64,000 bases of DNA from Bacilli bacterium. GTDB lineage: Bacteria; Bacillota_I; Bacilli_A; RFN20; CAG-826. The DNA is taken from positions 128,001 to 192,000 of the forward strand of contig JAZLKX010000025.1 of the NCBI GenBank assembly GCA_045597865.1, given 5' to 3'. The notes below the pieces were generated by a model. That model saw nothing but the letters and a program-made list of their open reading frames with translations, was not told the DNA's origin and did no database searches. The translations under genes and the position numbers were made by a program. Every line of letters begins with the position of its first letter. Position 1 is the stretch's first letter. This document shows, piece by piece, positions 59,915 through 64,000 of this stretch.

Positions 59915-62320
59915 ATGAAAAAGACTTTTTGGAAAGATTTATTCAAAACGATATTACGTTCAAAAGTAACATTCTTTTCAATCGTGATTTTTATCATGAT
60001 GGGAATGCTTTTATTCCTTGGAATTGATTGGACTGCATCATGTGTTGTTAACAACACGATTGATTATTATAATTCCTCAAACGTTTTTGATATTCAAATA
60101 AATGTATCTCCAGGATATAAAAATCCAGAAGAACTTTTAAACATTGAAGAAATAGATGAAGTTGAAGGACTTTATAACTACATCACATCATTCAAAGATG
60201 AAAGCAATGGTTTTGAAGCAAGTTTTACTTCAATTCCAGAAAAGATAAATTATTTCAGTAACATTAAAGGTACTCTCCCAGAGAATGAAGGAGAAATAGC
60301 TCTAATCAGTTTCTGGGCTGAAGATAATGGCTATGAAATTGGTGACACAATCAAAATTGAAAACACACCAGTATTTCTTGATCAAGGTAGATTTACTACA
60401 GATACATTTAAAGTTACTGCAATTGTAGATTCTGCTATTTTGACTGCAAAGAAAACAACAGTTTATGGAATGTCTCAAACTAGAAACATTCCAGTAAACG
60501 CACCTTTCTTTATTGCTGAATCTTCATTCAATCCAACAATTAATAATTTAGCAGGTTTTAACACAATTTATGTTAGAAGTAACACCCTTAGAAATTACAA
60601 ATATTTCACTGAAGATTTTTACTCAAAAACTGAGGATATAGTTAAGACAATTAAAGCATCACCAGAGCTTGAAGGAAAATCGTTTTCTGTAAGCACAATT
60701 AGAGATTCAATTTCACATCAAAACATTCAAACAATTTCTGAAGTTTTAGGTCAAATAAAATACTCCATGTCATTGCTCTTTGTTGGGGTTGGTTTACTTG
60801 TTTCGTTCTTCTCAATTTCAAGAATGGTTAATGAGACTCAACAGATCATTGGAGTTAAAAAAGCAAAAGGTTTTAGAAACCGCGAAATATACGCATTTTA
60901 TTTAATTTATACGGGAATTGCGGTGGTTTTTGGCGCTATTTTAGGCGCAATACTAGGAAGATTTGCAGCAGAACCAATCATTGTAAACGCTGTTGCAAAC
61001 GCCATTATTTTCCCACCTCTTAAGTATGAATTTGCAATTGGAATGACTTTAATTGTCTTTGCAATTGAACTTGTTTCGCAGCTACTCATTACTCTTTTTG
61101 CAACTCATAAAGTTTTGAAGAAAAAACCAATTGAATTAATTAGAGATGAGAAGATTGTTTTAGGCAAGAAAAGGTTCTATCAAAAAGGTAAATTATGGAA
61201 CAAACTTTCATTGTTTACTAAGACTGTAATTAATAACTTTGCAACTGATAAAACTCGTGTCTTTTCTATGCTCGTTGGAATCATTGGATGTGCAGGACTT
61301 TTGACCTGTGCTTTGACCATTGATAGAAACATTTCTGGATCATTTGATTATCAATTTGAAAATGTTTATTCGTTCCAAGCTGTTGTTCATTACGATGGAG
61401 ATGTTTCATCTACTAAAACAAAGCTTGATGGAACCGAATATAGATACACAGATATTATGTTTACTTACTTAACTCTTGAGTGTCCAAACGGAAAAAGAAT
61501 AAGCTCCCAAGCATATGTCTTTGATGATCCTAGTAAAGCTAATGACTTCATAACAATGTACGATAAGAGTGGTGAAAAGATTAATTTCGGAAATGATTTC
61601 TATCTTTCATATTCTTACCAAGAAAAATTTGATGTAAAAGAAAATGACAAAGTAACATTGATGGATACTTCTTTAAAGAGTGTTGAAGTAACAAACACTA
61701 ACTTCTTTAAACATTATCTTATTAATAACGTTGTTGTTTGTAGTGCAGACACTTTAAAAGATACATTCGGCACTGAATTTAAATTAAATGCTTTGCTTGT
61801 AGATCTAAAAGGTGATGATATTTCTAACCTTTCTAAACTAGTTATTCAAGATGTGCCTGTCTCTTACATCTATGATGTATACAACGTATCTTTAAATGCT
61901 TTTAATTCAGTTACTAACATATTTAAGATTGTTGATATTGTTTATCTTGTTTTAGCACTTATTATGGCCTTACTTGTAATTTTGGATTTACTTGTAATGT
62001 TTATTAATGAAAAGAAGAATGAACTAACTATATTAATTATTAATGGTTACTCAAAACGAAAGGCTAAGAAATATATTTATTCAGACACAATTGTGTTGTC
62101 TATAGTTGGTATTGGCCTTGGAGTTTTATTTGGAACACTTATGTCTAACTTTGTTATACGAGGTTTCCAAAGTGAATCAATTATATTCTTATCTGGGTTT
62201 AACTTTATATCTATCTTAATCGCGATAGGAATTGCTATTGCAATTATTACGGGTGTAACCCTAATCGCGTTAAGAAAGATAGATAAATTCAAATTAAGAG
62301 ATATCAATAAGTTAGGATAA
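59915..62320 (+). CDS. FtsX/MacB-type ABC permease (two repeats)
   Basis: Two large extracellular domains, each followed by 3 TMs; RMVNE..IIG..KAKG and EKKNEL..L.ING motifs. Confidence 0.85.
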   Translation: MKKTFWKDLFKTILRSKVTFFSIVIFIMMGMLLFLGIDWTASCVVNNTIDYYNSSNVFDIQINVSPGYKNPEELLNIEEIDEVEGLYNYITSFKDESNGFEASFTSIPEKINYFSNIKGTLPENEGEIALISFWAEDNGYEIGDTIKIENTPVFLDQGRFTTDTFKVTAIVDSAILTAKKTTVYGMSQTRNIPVNAPFFIAESSFNPTINNLAGFNTIYVRSNTLRNYKYFTEDFYSKTEDIVKTIKASPELEGKSFSVSTIRDSISHQNIQTISEVLGQIKYSMSLLFVGVGLLVSFFSISRMVNETQQIIGVKKAKGFRNREIYAFYLIYTGIAVVFGAILGAILGRFAAEPIIVNAVANAIIFPPLKYEFAIGMTLIVFAIELVSQLLITLFATHKVLKKKPIELIRDEKIVLGKKRFYQKGKLWNKLSLFTKTVINNFATDKTRVFSMLVGIIGCAGLLTCALTIDRNISGSFDYQFENVYSFQAVVHYDGDVSSTKTKLDGTEYRYTDIMFTYLTLECPNGKRISSQAYVFDDPSKANDFITMYDKSGEKINFGNDFYLSYSYQEKFDVKENDKVTLMDTSLKSVEVTNTNFFKHYLINNVVVCSADTLKDTFGTEFKLNALLVDLKGDDISNLSKLVIQDVPVSYIYDVYNVSLNAFNSVTNIFKIVDIVYLVLALIMALLVILDLLVMFINEKKNELTILIINGYSKRKAKKYIYSDTIVLSIVGIGLGVLFGTLMSNFVIRGFQSESIIFLSGFNFISILIAIGIAIAIITGVTLIALRKIDKFKLRDINKLG

Positions 62321-62334
62321 AGGAGGATGAAACA

Positions 62335-63537
62335 ATGCTTAATGTAAAAATATACAAAACAATTGGTGAAATACATAACGTCATATCAAAGTCTAAAAGT
62401 AGCGACGAAGCTTTACGTAGCTCACTTAAGTTAATTGTCGATAGCTCAAATGCTTCTTTTGCAGTCCTTTGGTATTTAGATGCAAAAGATAATCTTGTTC
62501 ATCCTTTCTATTGGCTTTGTCCAATGGATCTTAGCTCTATTGCAATTTCTTTAGATGACGGAATTATTGGAAAATCAATAAGTGAATCCAAAACAATTGC
62601 AGTCTCAAATCTAAAAGATGAAGACAAAAAGCTATTTGATTCACTTGATAAACTTGTTGTTTCTAGCATGGTGGCAGTTCCTTTAGCAAATGAAGGATCT
62701 CAAAAAGGTCTAATTTCAATCTTCAAAGAAGAAGGAACATTTGATGAAGATGAAACTGATATGTATAACATTTTAGTGATGCTTATCGACACTCTTATCA
62801 AAGATAAGTTCACTGAAGTAAATTGGGATAACAAAGAAAAAATTATGTCAATTTCTAAACTTACAAAAGACTTTGAAAGTGGTGGAATATTAACTCAAGT
62901 ATTAAAAGGTATTAACTTCGATATCTTTGAAGGTGAATTCCTTTGTTTACTTGGAGAATCGGGATGCGGAAAATCAACTCTTTTAAACATTATTGGAGGA
63001 ATGGATGAAGCCACAAGTGGTGAAGTGCTCTTTCAAAATAAAGATATCGCTAAATCAAGCGAGAAAGAGTTAACAGAATATAGAAGAAACAACATTGGCT
63101 TTATCTTCCAAAACTACAATTTAATGCCAAACTTAACCGCTAAAGAAAATCTCGATTTAATCGGAGAACTTGTAAAGAATCCATTGGATTCAAAAGAAGC
63201 TTTAGAACTTGTTGGCTTGCAAGATAAGATGAATAACTATCCATCTCAGTTAAGTGGTGGTCAACAACAAAGAGTCTCAATTGCAAGAGCCCTCATAAAG
63301 AACCCAAAAATAATCATGGCAGATGAACCAACTGCAGCACTTGATTACCAAACTTCTATTGAGGTATTAAAAGCTCTTGAAAATGCCATCAAAGAAAAAC
63401 ACACAACATTGGTGATGGTTACTCATAACGAAGAAATATCAAAGATGGCTGATAGAGTCATACGTTTTAGAAATGGAAAGATATATGAAATATCAGTCAA
63501 CGCTCATAAACAAAAAGCAGAGGATTTGATTTGGTAA
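62335..63537 (+). CDS. GAF-domain plus LolD/MacB-type ABC ATPase fusion
   Basis: GAF-like N-terminus (DGIIGK..SMVAVPL..GLI..F.E.E); GESGCGKS, LSGGQQQR, ADEPTAALD, VTH. Confidence 0.85.
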   Translation: MLNVKIYKTIGEIHNVISKSKSSDEALRSSLKLIVDSSNASFAVLWYLDAKDNLVHPFYWLCPMDLSSIAISLDDGIIGKSISESKTIAVSNLKDEDKKLFDSLDKLVVSSMVAVPLANEGSQKGLISIFKEEGTFDEDETDMYNILVMLIDTLIKDKFTEVNWDNKEKIMSISKLTKDFESGGILTQVLKGINFDIFEGEFLCLLGESGCGKSTLLNIIGGMDEATSGEVLFQNKDIAKSSEKELTEYRRNNIGFIFQNYNLMPNLTAKENLDLIGELVKNPLDSKEALELVGLQDKMNNYPSQLSGGQQQRVSIARALIKNPKIIMADEPTAALDYQTSIEVLKALENAIKEKHTTLVMVTHNEEISKMADRVIRFRNGKIYEISVNAHKQKAEDLIW

Positions 63538-63591
63538 TATAAAAATGTTCTTAAATAAGAAAAATATATAGTGTATACTACTAGACAAGAT

Positions 63592-64000
63592 ATGAAACTT
63601 TTAACAGTTAACTACAAAACCCCTCCAAAAATTCAAGAAGGCTTAGCCTTATGTCTTGGCTATTTTGATGGTGTTCATTTAGGACACGTTGCTTTAATTA
63701 AACACGGTCATATGAACCGCATCTATGATGGTGAAGACAATTTAGCACTTGGTGTTCTTACATTTAATAACCCAATTGCTAAATTTAAAGACAATGGAAA
63801 ATCAAAAGAAATTCTCACTACCATTGAAGATAGATCATCTATGATATCTAATTTAGATATCGTTGATTATCTTTTGGTAATGCATGTAGACGCTAACTTT
63901 ACAAATCTATCTCCAGAAGATTTCATAAACATCCTTAAAAAGATGAATGTTAAACAAGTCTTCTGTGGATCTGATTATCACTTTGGTAAAGATGGAGCAG
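63592..64000 (+). CDS. ribF: Bifunctional riboflavin kinase/FAD synthetase, 5' part (runs off the window end)
   Basis: ALCLGYFDGVHLGH, LTF, LSPEDF, CGSDYHFG; open to the window end; usual neighbour of truB. Confidence 0.88.
   Translation, partial: MKLLTVNYKTPPKIQEGLALCLGYFDGVHLGHVALIKHGHMNRIYDGEDNLALGVLTFNNPIAKFKDNGKSKEILTTIEDRSSMISNLDIVDYLLVMHVDANFTNLSPEDFINILKKMNVKQVFCGSDYHFGKDGA

Noticed and set aside
2308-62376. Many 60-180 aa ORFs overlapping long genes (e.g. 17052-17585 -, 18624-19070 -, 29399-29839 -, 53595-54074 +)
   Set aside because: Antisense or frame shadows of well-supported CDSs, with no SD or recognisable motifs
1-64000. CRISPR array, rRNA, IS transposase or prophage structural genes
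   Set aside because: No spaced direct-repeat array or matching ORFs seen

Overview
AT-rich bacterial chromosomal window, standard code 11, probably from an uncultured, lipoprotein-rich, Mollicute-like Bacilli lineage (inferred from insert-bearing OppC/D/F, short IF2 and no ylxR/ylxQ). Contents in order: WYL protein, acyltransferase, membrane PP2C phosphatase, ABC exporter, Hc1-like small protein, SGNH lipoprotein and an EAL phosphodiesterase divergent from a three-gene SipW operon (9.9-13.5 kb). Then a surface protease/OppA/OppBCDF locus (17-32 kb), Fe-ADH, EndA-like lipoprotein, rimO and tRNA-Thr(GGT). An integrase-less defence islet follows (XRE, EcoRI-family MTase, DUF262-HNH, DUF4357-like-HNH, three HTH-zinc-finger paralogs, SHOCT), then a Vat-like acetyltransferase, membrane/lipoprotein genes and the rimP-nusA-infB-rbfA...truB...ribF cluster, interrupted twice. 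Best novel-system candidate: the SipW operon, whose two substrates share a near-identical mature N-terminal strand (WAVTDNADxFGxK) and carry starch-binding-like domains, under a cre/LacI-like operator; this suggests a TasA-type fibre that binds alpha-glucan. Also notable: three operator-like repeats at 31-bp spacing in the defence islet and many apparently leaderless genes. All family calls are by-eye motif recognition; no searches were run.
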